A stretch of DNA of 64,000 nucleotides from Octopus bimaculoides (GCF_001194135.2 NC_068989.1:49388585-49452584); one strand, 5' to 3'; positions 23,590 through 36,309 are shown, numbered from the stretch's first letter. Notes: generated by a model from the sequence alone, not told the origin. Made by a program: numbers and translations.

Positions 23590-25399
23590 TAATATATAAA
23601 AACTAATACATCTGTTTGTTGTCTACACCACCTGTCTTTTATTTTGTTTTTTTTTGTGAATTATCCCCCTATACACACACATACGTATACATTAACTCCT
23701 ACAACACATAATCATAGTTACATTTTTCAGAAATTCATGTAGAATATATCAAAATGCTTCAATCATGTACACACACACAAATCAGAAATAATATAAAAAC
23801 AATTTATTAATATATTTAGCAAAATTAATATAATAAGAGAACAAGATCAGAATTAAACCTGTAGCCCTGAGCCTGTTGTTAACACCCATCAGTTTTTATT
23901 TGTAGATTACCTGCCAATGGTTGGCATTCTTCACAATACAGTTTATTACTGCTTTTGCATATTAGCAATAATATCTGCAGTCAGCTAGCCACAATATTGT
24001 TCCCTTCTAACCTAGTCTATAGAAACTAGCATTTTATTGAGTTACTTAAAAATCAGAACAAAGGTTCCACCTGAACTCCAGTTGATCTCCACAGCGAATG
24101 TAACAAACAAACCAGAGTAGTAGTGCTGTAAATGCTTCTGAAAGATTTCAGAGGTGTAGAAAGACAGAGATGTATAACCCATAAATTTGGCATATGAGAA
24201 AAAGAAGGAAACAAAAAAAAACAAAAAAAATATCAAAATTAATGTCCAACTGCAGAAAGAACAGTGTGTCGTGTCATAGTATCATCATTTCTCATGCACC
24301 AGACTAATTACGTTCAGTAAAACTATATTCAGTTGCATGAGTGAGTGAATACCTTTTATCTGCAACAATGAATTCTCTTTCTATGTGATGCAGCACACCA
24401 TGTGTTTAATGTAATCAGGGAAAAAGGGTGCATGGAATATAACACAAGAATCCAACTAACTGTATTACTAATGACAAAAGCCATAATAAAAACCAATAAA
24501 TAGCAGCTCTTTAAAAGACAATATATTTAATTTTGTGCACATTTTACATCAATGTGGTAACTAGTGACCAGTTTTCCTTCCCTTCTGCAGTGAATAAACT
24601 GATAGGTTTTAGTGTAAGAAAAAACAAATAAAAATGATGAAAAGAAAAAAAAAGAATAAAAAAGGCCATGAATAATCATCCTTTTGACAGCTGTTTTTCA
24701 TAAAGGCATGGGTTGAATAGTTCTACAGTTCAGCATTTCTCATGGGACTTACTGCTACAACATCATATTTGTAAAGACCATAATTCTTAGATCTAATCTT
24801 GTTCACTCAGTCCTAGATGTTATTTTTTTTTTCAACAACGGACACCATCCACCTAAATTTTCATTTATCATATTTTATACAACATGCATCATCTATCCAC
24901 ATCAATACAGTAGATGGTCCTGCATGCACCTGCCAAAATCTGCAGTGATCAATCGCTTCATAAAATTAATTGCAGGCAGACTCAATGTGATTACCTGACA
25001 TACTACAAATAGCAGCTTACTATCTCACACATCATACCGTACCATCTTATGAAATTACTTGCAAGCAGCCTCAATGCGATTACTTGACATACAAGAGATA
25101 GCAGTTCAATATCTCACAAATCACACCCTACCATCTTACATAAAATGTACATTAGATAATATAGTCTTAGACATTTCCAAAAAGTAGGATAGTCATAGCT
25201 AGAATGCTTTTGATGATAAGTGCACCAAATCCTGATGGACCAGAATGTTAAGAACATCAACAAGTTGCAATCATGATAACAGTATTTATAGGGTTGAATG
25301 AAAACAGTTCAGGGGATTGGGGTATACTCAAAAGAAATATTGTAGGGTTTTATATGCTATACAGGGAATTGAGAAACTCTAAGCAGCAGAGATAAAACA

Positions 25400-25760
25400 A
25401 ACAATTCATCATCATCATGACCTACATGAATTCCTGGCAGGACACAGGCTCTCCACAGCAGTCTTTCAATGTGTGTTTTTTGTTGTTCTTTTTTTATGGA
25501 AGGGGGGTTCAGGTTCATCTATATCATATTTAATACCAACTTCTGCTGATATCTATCAGGTATTTCTTTGGCATCCTGCTTTATTATTTTTCTTTTAATC
25601 TTAATTATAATGCAATGCTTTACCAAACTTCAATATGTATCTTACAGAAGATACACCCATCACCACTTATGTCTAATTGAATTTGTTGGATGGTGGGTTC
25701 CTGCTTGACTGTAGCCCTGTGGATTTTGTTGCTCACACTTTCTGAATATCTAATGTTTAA
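25400..25760 (-). pseudogene. Very degraded RTE-clade LINE 3' relic
   Basis: Minus-strand fragments IRHKW*W, KALHYN and GCQRNT resemble RTE IRKRKWRW..QAL.WN..GRPRNTW. Ends next to (CAT)n. Confidence 0.35.
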
Positions 25761-28234
25761 GAACTTCTAAATAAGATATATAAAAAATTTGTTTTTTGTT
25801 AAAACCAAACAAGGCAGATAACTCCAAAATCTGCCAACTGAAATCTTCAGCCAATATACATTCAGAAAAGCAATCCTTTCTATTCTTCAGTGTCTATATC
25901 ACTGCAATTACATATGTATACTCTAATGCAACAGTAATAAGTTTAATCACTTTATAATAACTACTTCTACTGAACCAGTCAAGTCGCACAGAGTCTTCAT
26001 TTTGCAGTTGTTTATGTTATCAGTTATCAATGTGTGTGTAATATACCTTATTTATAGTGTCCATCAATCTACACATTATGTGCACTCACTGCTTGCACAG
26101 ACTGGACAATGTTTAGTTTCTACCTATTTTGAATAATTTTGGATTATAAATCTAAATAGAATAATTGCATATTGATTAAAGATATCAGGCTTTTAATGTT
26201 AATTTTATTCCTAACAACAAAAGAAGAATGACAGCTAAATAAGTACAAAATTAGATATAGTAAGAATTCATATGGAGTATGCTAGAATTTTAAATAGTTT
26301 GCATCTTTTTCATAAAATAATATTTCAAGAAACACATTAACCAAGTGAATTAATTGCTAGTATAACATTTTACATTGCAAAGTTCTAAAGCACCTGTATA
26401 TTCCACTGCAAGCATTGTGCTTATTACATTTCCCAAGACATGGACTTAACACATATTGCATTTGTCAACTATTTGTCTAAAGAAAAATCAGAAGATACAA
26501 GCATATGATCCAGAGGACACTTTACAATAAACCAAATATAATTTAGCTTTCTCAATCTGCGACAAGCAAAAGACTTATTTTTATTTTCTCTTTAGTTCAA
26601 AAATGTACAACGAATAGCAGGATATTTATAAATTGTTGTATCAAGTAATATTGGAAAGTAATTTAAAAGGTTAAAAAAAATGCCAAGATGAAATTCATTG
26701 AGATTAAGACAATGCAACAGAAGTAGTGAATATTGAAAAAGGAAATTTGAGAGAGAATTGAGTAATTTGAAATGGTCAATGATTCAAGAGTCAGACACTA
26801 CAATAAAAATGTTGCCCATCAGTAAACATATGAGGATTGAAACCTATCAAGAATTATTTATTATATTATCAACTGGGATAGTATCTCTGGACGCTGGCAA
26901 TTTATTGAGTAAATGCCAGATTGGTTGTTTGTTGTTAAAAAAGAAGACAAAACAAAATGCCGCCATGGAAAACATAAGACAAAGTAATGGAACTAGTACA
27001 AAGAAGCATTAGTGGGGATGGGGAGATCTGTATACAGACATGCAGGCGCAAACTACTGGCAAGAAGGTGAAATAAAAATTCTTGAAGTAACACTATGTAT
27101 TCAAAGCAAGATTAGAAAAATTACTAAAATAAGATAAATTTCAGAGCTATAAAAAATTTTTTCTTTAGAATGAGTGACTTAGGAAAAATTTGTAGAGATT
27201 TATAAGTTGGCTCTATTGACAGGTTGAAACCATTAAAAATAAATAATGACAGTACAATGAAAGAAAGGAAAACAAACTATACAGAAAAGTTAACATATGC
27301 ATGTGTGCACACACATGCATACAGACATGCATGCACAATAAAAAATATACACAAAGAAAAAACAGAGAGACAAAATTTAAAGTGTTTAATACCAGCAAAC
27401 GTCATCTATATCTGATTCGAGTTTCAAATAGCTGACACAGTTCTAAGAACAAATTTAGAGAATTTCATTGAAAATAGTAATAGAAAAGAAGTTAATCCAA
27501 CACAACAGGTAATTCTTGACAGCAATTACTAGAGGCAGCAGGCATTAGGAACATTCATTACAAGCACTCTACAATGCAAATTGCTAAAAGGAATAAATAA
27601 CAATACATACATCTACATATATAAGCAATAGATGCAGACAATCTCTCTCACACTCTCCCTTTCTTTCTTTATCTATATGTGTGTGTATATAATCTGGTGA
27701 AGTAAGGGAATGGGGCAAAAGAAGCAAATCAAAGATTTGAGATAAAAGTAATTAAAAAAATAAATAGAAATAAATATAAAAACAAATAGGAGACAAAAAT
27801 TGAACAAAATGTCATTTCCCCACCATTATAAAAACTTCAAAAGTTAATTGCAAAATAAAAATATTATTATTATCATCATCATCATCATTTATTTAGTAGT
27901 AACAAAAATAGTAGCAAAATCATTGTTATTATCAAGTCAAAAATTTTATTATAATTTATATTCATTTTTCATTGTAACATCAGATAATTTTCTTTTTTCA
28001 TTCTTGTTATTTAAATATAATTAAAAAAATACATGGAAAAAATGCTTCAAATAATTTGTCATAGTGTACTATCATTCTACTTTTTAAAAAATGGCTTAAA
28101 GCAAATAATAGAAAGGTTTTGAAGATGTACAGAAATTGCATGCATGCATGGACGAATGGATGGATAGACAGATAAATTAATGTGTGTGTATATGCTTCTT
28201 TCCACTCTACAATAACCCAACACAATCAAAGAAT

Positions 28235-28455
28235 ATCTTAGTCTTGCAAGCAGCATGGAAACCTCACTAGTGCTGGTGCCATGAAAAAAGCACACAGTAC
28301 ACTCTGTGAAGTGTCTGACATTAGGAAGAACACTGAGCTGTAGAAACTATACCAAAGCAGACACTGGAGTATAATGGAGTTCTCAGACATTGGATTCTGT
28401 TAAACTGCTCAACCCATGCTAGTATGGAAGAAGAATTTTAAATAACGATGATGTT
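28235..28455 (+). mobile_element. (GAT)n-tailed SINE/RTE-related repeat
   Basis: ggtgccatgaaaaaagcac..tacactctg...aacccatgctagtatggaa...gatgatg. Confidence 0.75.
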
Positions 28456-28671
28456 CATTATGATCATGATATAGTGTGTATGTGCGTGAAAAACTGTAAA
28501 ACATTAACTGAGAAAGCACACAATATGTGTACAAAGAATATATTTTTTCACAAAGTATAAGTTCACAGTCACATAGAAGTTTCACCAGACTATGAGTTCT
28601 ACAGTTGTAGATGGTTAAAGTTAGTGCTTTGAGAATATATATTGATTACTGTGTAGATGGGGATTTATGTA

Positions 28672-29240
28672 TTATAAGAATTTATAAAAAAAAACCTCAT
28701 AAGGAAAAAAAAACCCATCATTTTTTTCCATAAATATATATAATTTAATTTATATAAGGGCATTACTATACAATAATGCCCCATGCTTAGATGGACTCCA
28801 TAAGTCAAAACTACCAAAATATGCACATTTTTACCGATTGCGAGGGAATGCAACTTTCAAAGCTAACCTCCTAAAAACTTTTAACTTAATGGTAAACCAA
28901 TGGTTTCATAATTAACGCAGCAAACTATGCAGTAAGCTGCATCTTTTATTCATCAGTACACGTATGGTCAAGACACATAAAAATAAACAAAAATCAACAT
29001 ACCCTGATGTACCCAACACAGTACATAGACGACTGTTCATCTTTATATATCCATGAAAGAGGCGATGGGTAAAAATGTGCTTATTTTGGTAGTTTGACTT
29101 ATGGAGTCCCTCGAAATGTGAGACATTATTGTATAGTAATGCCCTTACATAAATTAAATTATGGAAAAAAAAATGATGGTTTTTTTTTTTTTTTTCCTTA
29201 TGAGGTTTTTTCACGCTAACTACTTGATAAATTCTTATAA
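28672..29240. repeat. Long imperfect inverted repeat (foldback)
   Basis: Arm 28672-28841 is the reverse complement of arm 29062-29240 (e.g. aagggcattactatacaataatg / cattattgtatagtaatgccctt and ggactccataagtcaaaactaccaaaat / attttggtagtttgacttatggagtcc). Spacer of about 220 bp. Confidence 0.9.
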
Positions 29241-30060
29241 AGATTTTATCCTAACATTATATTATGAATAATTAGAATATATTCAGTGCTGAATATTATT
29301 CTGTAAAAGCACATGTTGCCAAAGTGTAACTTAAAAAGCCCGCCTCTTTCATGGATATATAAAAACTCAGAACCCGTCCAAATCCATGCTCTGAGGCATA
29401 TACCATCTTAATATATCTAAGATTTTAATCTAAAAATTTTAATTAAATAATATATTACATAAATAAATCATATAAATAAATCATAGAAATATTAATTTTT
29501 AAAAATTTAAAAGTTAAAATTATAAATTGGTCAGTAAAAATTAATACAATAATATACAGTATAGAAGTATAGATGTAAAAAGTTAGTGCTAGTATATAGA
29601 CTACGCGCATGTTTCATAGCTGAAATAGGACTATATAAAATCATAAACCAGTTCTATCCGAGTTCATTAGAACGGGGAAAATTATTTTACTCCCAAATCA
29701 GTCACTATTCAGTAACTATTCAGTCACTAAAATCATTCAAGGAATAAACATAAACATGTGAAATAAAAATATATATATAAAGAGACAAAATTTGTAAACT
29801 AATCCCTACATTAACAGTATTAATATAATTATTAAGAGTTACAATCTAAAAATATTGAAAAAGAGTATTATAGTAAACAAGGTTTACTTATGGAATAAGT
29901 AGATAATAGTAAAAAAAATGTGTTAGTGTACAAAGTTACTAAAAGACAGATGTCAATATTGTTTATAAAATTAAAATTAAAATAAGAAAACATGACTTAT
30001 CTGCCAGTGGGTAACTGTAGACTAAATCAAAATGACTGTGTTATAGAATTTATACTAAAA

Positions 30061-30485
30061 AGTTAGGTGATAAATATGGCATCTATTACCCAGAAGTACA
30101 TGTGTATTATAATTTCTAAAATAATAACGAAAATATCGAAAAAGAAAATCTACCTAAAATAAAAAGATTCTTGAGGATTAAAAATACTAAAATACTTAAA
30201 CTTGCAAATTAACGCAGAGTAATAACTATACACATACGAAAATTTTATATTACATAATGCTATGAAAATTAATACTGAAAAGTCACGTGATAAACATGGC
30301 GTCCATTACCAGAGGTAAATACGTATTATAATTGCTAAAATAATAATGAAAATATCGAAAAAGAAAAACCTACCAAAATAAAAAGTTTATTGAAGATAAA
30401 TAATAGTAAAATACTTAAAACTCTCAGATTTACACAGAATAATAACTATACCAAATACGAAAGTTATGTATTACTTCAATAATGT
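30061..30485 (+). repeat. 220-bp tandem duplication
   Basis: Units start at 30061 (agttaggtgataaatatggc) and 30281 (agtcacgtgataaacatggc) and align along their length. Confidence 0.9.
30282..30320 (+). promoter_or_regulatory. Candidate promoter/first-exon signature
   Basis: E-box GTCACGTGA (30282-30290), AAACATGGCG (start-codon/YY1-like), ATG GCG TCC ATT ACC AGA G|GTAAAT, inside a CpG-retaining region. Confidence 0.3.
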
Positions 30486-32329
30486 ATACATATATATATA
30501 TATATATATACATATATATACTTACACACATACATGCACAAACATGCCAAGAAGAAGGTGGGCGTATATAATGTTGATAACACATGGATGGTAAAAAGAA
30601 ACTGAATTTAAGTGAAACAGTTTTAAAATAGTTTATTTTTTCACATATATTGCTATGATATCTATTAGCTGAACAGAATCTTTGCTTTGTGTTATCTAGC
30701 ATTATTGTATTTAAAAGTATTAGTGATGATAAAGTTTTGAAAACAGAACCAGATTTACCCTTTATTTCCTCTATAAAATATATTCTTACAGCACTGAGTT
30801 TACACTATGTTTATTCAATATTTTCAGATTCGTTTTATGTCTTGCATTGTCATTAGATCCATTTATTAAAAGCTAACAATGCTTTTACATCGAGCAGGAG
30901 TTTTACATTTATATTACATGGCACATCAGTGCAAATACTTCTGTAGCACACATGATAATATCTTTAATGCACTGCTTTTTCTTTGTTTTTTGGGGGGGTT
31001 TTTTCGGTGCTATACCTTTAAATGCAAGTTGATATTTCACGACCAAATTTACCCAGTTCATTTATTTTCACTTTTTACCAGACTTACATACTCATGCCTC
31101 ACTATAATATAGCACCATAATTCTTACATGTTTCATAATCTGTCTTCTACTCAGAGTAAGTGTTTGTTGCCAACAGTGGAAACTTAAACATTGTCTGCCT
31201 TTTCTAACAAATATACTTCCAGAAGAACCACAGTAGCTATTATATCGTATTTGAGGATACCATGACTGTGCCAGCCCAGACAGTTTTCATTTCAAACAAT
31301 TTTATAGTTATTGAACTATTGCTTCTGGACAAAGTAAAAAACTCAGCTTGGCTCAGTTTAGAGTCTATAGATTCTAATTCAGCGAACCGAATTGGTTACC
31401 TCTTTAAATGCAGCTTCTCTAACAAAGAACCTTCAACACATGCTAACATAGGAAAATCATATAAAACATTCAAAACAGCTCAGTTGGCAAACAGAACAGT
31501 GAGAGGTAGCTGTAAATAAAACAAATTATTTTAATGCAGAATTATTTAGATTTTATTTAATCGAAATGCCAGAACTAAAGTCAATAACACTTTTAAATTG
31601 TTTTCTGAGAGAAAGAAGTTTACAGATGTAAAAAAGAATTTTTTAAATATTTTTTCTTTTATATTTATTTATTTATTTTTTTCAAATGTCTCCACTTTGT
31701 CAAACTGATTAAAACTCATAGGATAAAGTGTTTTGTTACTATTCACTGTTGTAATTTAGCATCAAGTAGCATTCAAGTCTAAAGACATTGAAAGTACTTC
31801 AAATTTATGCTGGTTACACACACACCCCTACTTGCACATACACAAAAAAAAAAAGCTTGAAGTAAATATTAAAAAAATTAAAAAATGGAATTGAAACTGG
31901 AAATTAATTTGTGACAACAAAACAAAAGAACAGTAGCAAGAGAAGCAATGGTCAAATGGTTAGATTGGTTTCAACTAGTGTTTCAAACAATTCAAAATAT
32001 TTAAATATTTTCAAGGAAGCTTGCTCACGACAGCCAATACTACCAGCATCATGACTAAAGCTATCACACACTCAACATATACTGGCCTTTACTGTTTCAG
32101 ATGACTATTTGTGGTGGTTACAGATCTCCATACACCAGGGATGCATCAAAAATATCAGATTTCCTTCTCAAGTTCAGAAAGTATTGATTTCTGATATTTG
32201 CACAAGGCTAAAAAATTTGGCAGCAAGAGGGAGAGAGAGTTGATTACAAAGGATTACAAACCAAATCAACTTTGGTGGGATTTGATCTCAGAACATGAAG
32301 GATTGTAAGCAATTTATCTGATATCCTTT

Positions 32330-32480
32330 AGCGTTTATCTTTTACTTGTTCCTGTCACTGGACTGTAGCCACGCTGGGTACTGCCTTGTAGACCTTGAAG
32401 GGTTTAGTTGAACACATTGACTTCAGTATTTATTGCTCTTTATAGTCTGGTACTTATTCTATTGGTCTCTTATTGAACCA
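32330..32480 (-). mobile_element. tRNA-CORE SINE 3' tail fragment
   Basis: cactggactgtagccacgctgg...gtacttattctattggtctctt. Confidence 0.65.
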
Positions 32481-32516
32481 CTATATTAAGGTAACTAGCA
32501 TCCTTTTCTAAATACT

Positions 32517-32725
32517 GGTTTCAAATTTTAGCACAAGGCCAGCAGTTTTGGGGGAGGAGCCAAGTCAATTGATTGACCCCCATTGTTCAACTGGTACTTA
32601 TTTTATAGACCCTGAAAGGATGAAAGGCAAAGTCAACCTTGGTGGAATTTGAACTCAGAATGTAGAGATGGACCAAATTCCACTAAGCATCTTGCCCGGC
32701 ATGCTAATGATTCTGCTAACATGCT
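32517..32725 (-). mobile_element. Nin/Deu-domain SINE
   Basis: ggtttcaaattttagcacaaggccagc...ctggtacttatttt...gaaaggatgaaaggcaaagtcaacc...gaatttgaactcagaa. Confidence 0.85.
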
Positions 32726-32833
32726 GCTTTATACTTTTCTCAGTATTATTGGCTGTGTGCCTTACTCAGAAACCAATTTCAACATCGGATGTTGGTGGAG
32801 AACAAGCACATAAACAAACACACACAAACACAA

Positions 32834-32992
32834 CAGGCTTCTTTCAGTTTTTGTCTACTAAATCAGCTCACAAGGTATTGGTCAGCCATGCCTATAGTAG
32901 AAGACACTCGCCCATGGTGCTCCTCAGTGGGACTGAAACCAGTACCATCTAGTTGGGAAACAAGCTCCTTATCACACAGCCATGACTGCACC
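32834..32992 (-). mobile_element. tRNA-CORE SINE 5' half
   Basis: ggcttctttcagttt...ctatagtagaagacactcgccc...gtgggactgaaacc. Confidence 0.8.
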
Positions 32993-33273
32993 TATATTTG
33001 AACAATATTGCCAATACCCCACTTGTGAATGCTAAGAAATATTAGAGTCACATACATATGTTGACTTAATGTAAGTTACAAATTTGCCTAACACTGCTGT
33101 TGACAAAAATGTGAAAAAAGCTACATAACGCACCATAATAAACATAAAAGATACACTTTTACTCATCATCAAAACACATCAGCAATGTGCCCTCAACTAC
33201 ACAGTCTCCTCTTTCTGACTCTTCAACTATAAACATCTCTGCTGCTCTAAAATTAAATACTATAATATATTGG

Positions 33274-33393
33274 TCTCAAGGCCAGCAATTTATTTCAGAG
33301 GAGAGGATGAGTTGATTACAACAATCCCAGTGTTCAACTGATACTCATTTCATTGACCCAGAAAGGATGAAAGGCAAAGTCGACCTCAGCGGA
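33274..33393 (-). mobile_element. Nin/Deu-domain SINE 3' part
   Basis: caaggccagcaatt...gacccagaaaggatgaaaggcaaagtcgacctcagcggaat. Confidence 0.8.
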
Positions 33394-33404
33394 ATAATAA
33401 TAGT

Positions 33405-33622
33405 AATAATGGTTTCAAAATTTTCCACAAAGGGAGCAATTTTGGGGGAGGATAGAAGTCAATGACATTGATCCCAGTGCTCAACTGGTACTTATTTTAT
33501 TGATCCTAAAAATATGAAAGGCAAAAATCGACCTCGACAGAATTTGAACTCAGAATGTAAAGACAGACAAAATGCTACTAAGCATTTTGCCCAGCACAGT
33601 AACGATTCTGCCAGCCCGCCAC
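33405..33622 (-). mobile_element. Full-length Nin/Deu-domain SINE
   Basis: Minus strand reads tRNA-like head (ggcgggctggcagaatcgtta...gagttcaaattc), then gaggtcgatttttgcctttcat...ataaaataagtaccagttg. The similarity to the Deu/Nin domain is recalled, not searched. Confidence 0.8.
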
Positions 33623-33714
33623 ATTAAATACTGTAATGTATTGCTAGTGAAGACCATTTATCTCACCTGTTGCCTTTTCCATAACAAACAATCCTGACAC
33701 ACACATTATATATG

Positions 33715-33757
<43 letters not shown>

Positions 33758-33787
33758 ACGTGCGTGCATGTACACACATACACAGTG

Positions 33788-33907
33788 AACTTCTTTCATT
33801 TTTTGTCAACCAAATCCACTCAGATGTGTTTGGTCAGCTTAGGGTTATAGTAGAAAACACTTGCCCAAGGAGCCACACAGTGGGACTGTGGCGGCAGTCA
33901 TGCCTGC
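33788..33907 (-). mobile_element. tRNA-CORE SINE 5' half (internally deleted)
   Basis: cttctttca...ccaaatccactca...tatagtagaaaacacttgcccaagg..ccacacagtgggactg. Confidence 0.75.
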
Positions 33908-35015
33908 ACACCACAGATAAATGTTTTAGTAGATGATTGAAATACTAATCTCTGCAAATTCAATACAATGAGAGGCAAGATGAAGTGAAGAAACAGTATT
34001 TTACAATTTTATAAAAGTAGAACAATGTTAAGCAATTTTAGTGGAAGTCTGTGGTAGATAACAATTATCAGTTAGAAATAATATGCCCTCTGTTTTTATC
34101 GCAGTGCCTGACAGCAGACATCTTAGCTTGGCTTTCTCGGAAATTCATATAGAAGAAAATAGAAAAAGAAATGAAAACTAGAAATCTTCCATTATTATTA
34201 TTATTATCATAATACTATACACTCTTTGTATTTCAGAAATTATCAATCATTTGATTGATGAATACTTTCATGGTATTATCATTTCCACTCAACTTCTACC
34301 TGTAACACCATCACTACTATTATGACTACCAAATATAAAACTGCAATTGTCCAACAGCTGTTATTTACTTTAATTGACCTAATAAGAGGTTATGATTTGC
34401 CATTTGAAAAACAGGACGCTGGCTGACCTAGATAAGAAAACATTTACAATTTCATGACAAGATATTTCATAATCTCACTAAATCTGCTGTTTGTGTTAAA
34501 TGTTGAATAAATCTACAATTAGCCTCAAAGCTAACATCTAAGTCCATTTCTTCCTCTTCTTCTTCTGCCTCTACCCACAACCTGCTGAGCAACCACCTCA
34601 CACTTCTGCTTCTCCTAATCTCTCCAATCCTTCTCTCAATTGCACATGTTCAAAAATGTTATGAGGTTTTAGCTACTGTTCTAGAACTTTTGACATATAG
34701 CATGATGTAGTACATGACCAGGCATATCCACCAAAACCAATTTAAAAGGAATGATGATTATGATGAGGATGGAGGTGGCAGTGGTGACTGAGGTGGCAAT
34801 AAAGACAGTGATCTTGATGGTTATAAATGTAATACAATATTGTTAAAATTGTTTTTTTTTTTTCTTCTTTTAATATTAAATAAATGAGAAGTTAACTTTC
34901 AAGATAGTAGAGGAAAAGAGATACAGCAAATGTTCAATTAAGAGTTGCAAAGCTCAGCCTCTCTTTACGGTGGGATTATTTTGGTGAGCTAATTTCTCTT
35001 TGTTTTTTTTTTTTT

Positions 35016-35063
<48 letters not shown>

Positions 35064-35476
35064 GCACACAGTTTTAAAGCAAGACGTATACTGCAAGAAG
35101 AATTTTAATGAGTGGAGAAGGAAAAGAATGGCAGGAGATCATAATCTGGGTGATAGGATTAAACTATATGGGGAGGGTACAGTGAAATTTGTGATTACAG
35201 GCAAGGGAGAGGACAGTTTATAATTAAAGAAGGATTCTAACTGTAAAGAAATCCTTGCAATTAGAACTCTGCTTTAATTATAAAGAGTCAAGAAATCTTG
35301 TTTGCTAGTTAGCTTTGTTAAAAGACATATGGACAGATATTTATACATCTACAAGAGGGTACATACTCACATACAATCCCATCAGCAAAGACATGTATAC
35401 ATCTATAAGTGTGTACCAGGCTACAATGTATGGTACCTGGATAAAGAACTTTCCATGTTAGAAATGTTTAAATTAA

Positions 35477-35697
35477 CCTTTTAGCATTTAAGCTGGCTAT
35501 ATCCAGTCCCAAATATTCTACATGTTTTATGTTTAAACCAACCAGATCTGGACTCTCACACCTACTCTACAATGTTATTCTAAAAATGAACAAACACATC
35601 ATCAAAATCTTCATACTACAAGATAATGCATAATTAACTAAAAACAATGTGAATAAACCAGTATTACACTTAACTGAGTAACCTGAATGCTAAAGGG
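35477..35697 (-). mobile_element. piggyBac-type MITE family A
   Basis: TTAA|CCTTTTAGCATT ... AATGCTAAAGGG|CTAA. Body is the reverse complement of 12973-13192. Confidence 0.85.
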
Positions 35698-35837
35698 CTA
35701 AGACTAGAACTGTTCCCACAGTTTTCTCAGAAGGCAGATTGAATGGGTAGTACCCCTTCACAGCAGAATCCTAAACTGCATCTCATTTAAGCTAACTGTC
35801 TTCTTAATCAGTTGTGCTGATACTTGAATAAACTTGG

Positions 35838-36027
35838 TCCATGTAAAAAGCACCCATGCCAGTGCCACATAAAAAGCACCCAGTACACTCTGTAAGGTGG
35901 TTGGCATTAGGAAAGGCATCCAGATGTAGAAACCATGCCAAAATGGACAACTGGAGCCTGGCCAGCTCCTGTCAAACTATCCAAACCATGCCAGCATGAA
36001 AACAGATGCTATAAATGATGATGATGA
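35838..36027 (+). mobile_element. (GAT)n-tailed SINE/RTE-related repeat
   Basis: aaaaagcacccagtacactc..ggttggcattaggaaaggcatccag..catgccagcatgaaaacagatgctataaatgatgatgatg. Confidence 0.8.
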
Positions 36028-36309
36028 ATTTGAATCTTCAGAAGTTGCTTCTTTCTAAAGCATCTCCTTGTCCTTGAAGCAGATGATAAAACTAATGCTA
36101 AACCAATCACTGGGCAACACACCTCCCAATACAACCCAACCTCATTGACAAAGCTACTTTGCAACCTTTTCAGGATTCACCAATCATTTAATTGATGAAT
36201 ACTTCAATAATTTTATCCTTTTCACTCAGCAACTACCTGTACTACTATCACCACTGCAACTAGTGTGTTCCACTACAGTGAGGTAGGACATAATGGTACA
36301 TATTCTACT

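Noticed and set aside
29400-30000. Extremely AT-rich stretch suggesting a mitochondrial insertion (NUMT)
   Set aside because: No mitochondrial rRNA, tRNA or protein motif is recognisable.
31113-31519. Possible plus-strand exon pair around a 67-nt GT-AG intron (31156-31222)
   Set aside because: Phase is incompatible with the candidate MASITR exon and no homology is recognised.
35064-35225. LGDRIKLYGEGTVKFV looks like the start of a CAP-Gly domain
   Set aside because: The GKNDG core is absent and the frame stops nine codons after this motif.
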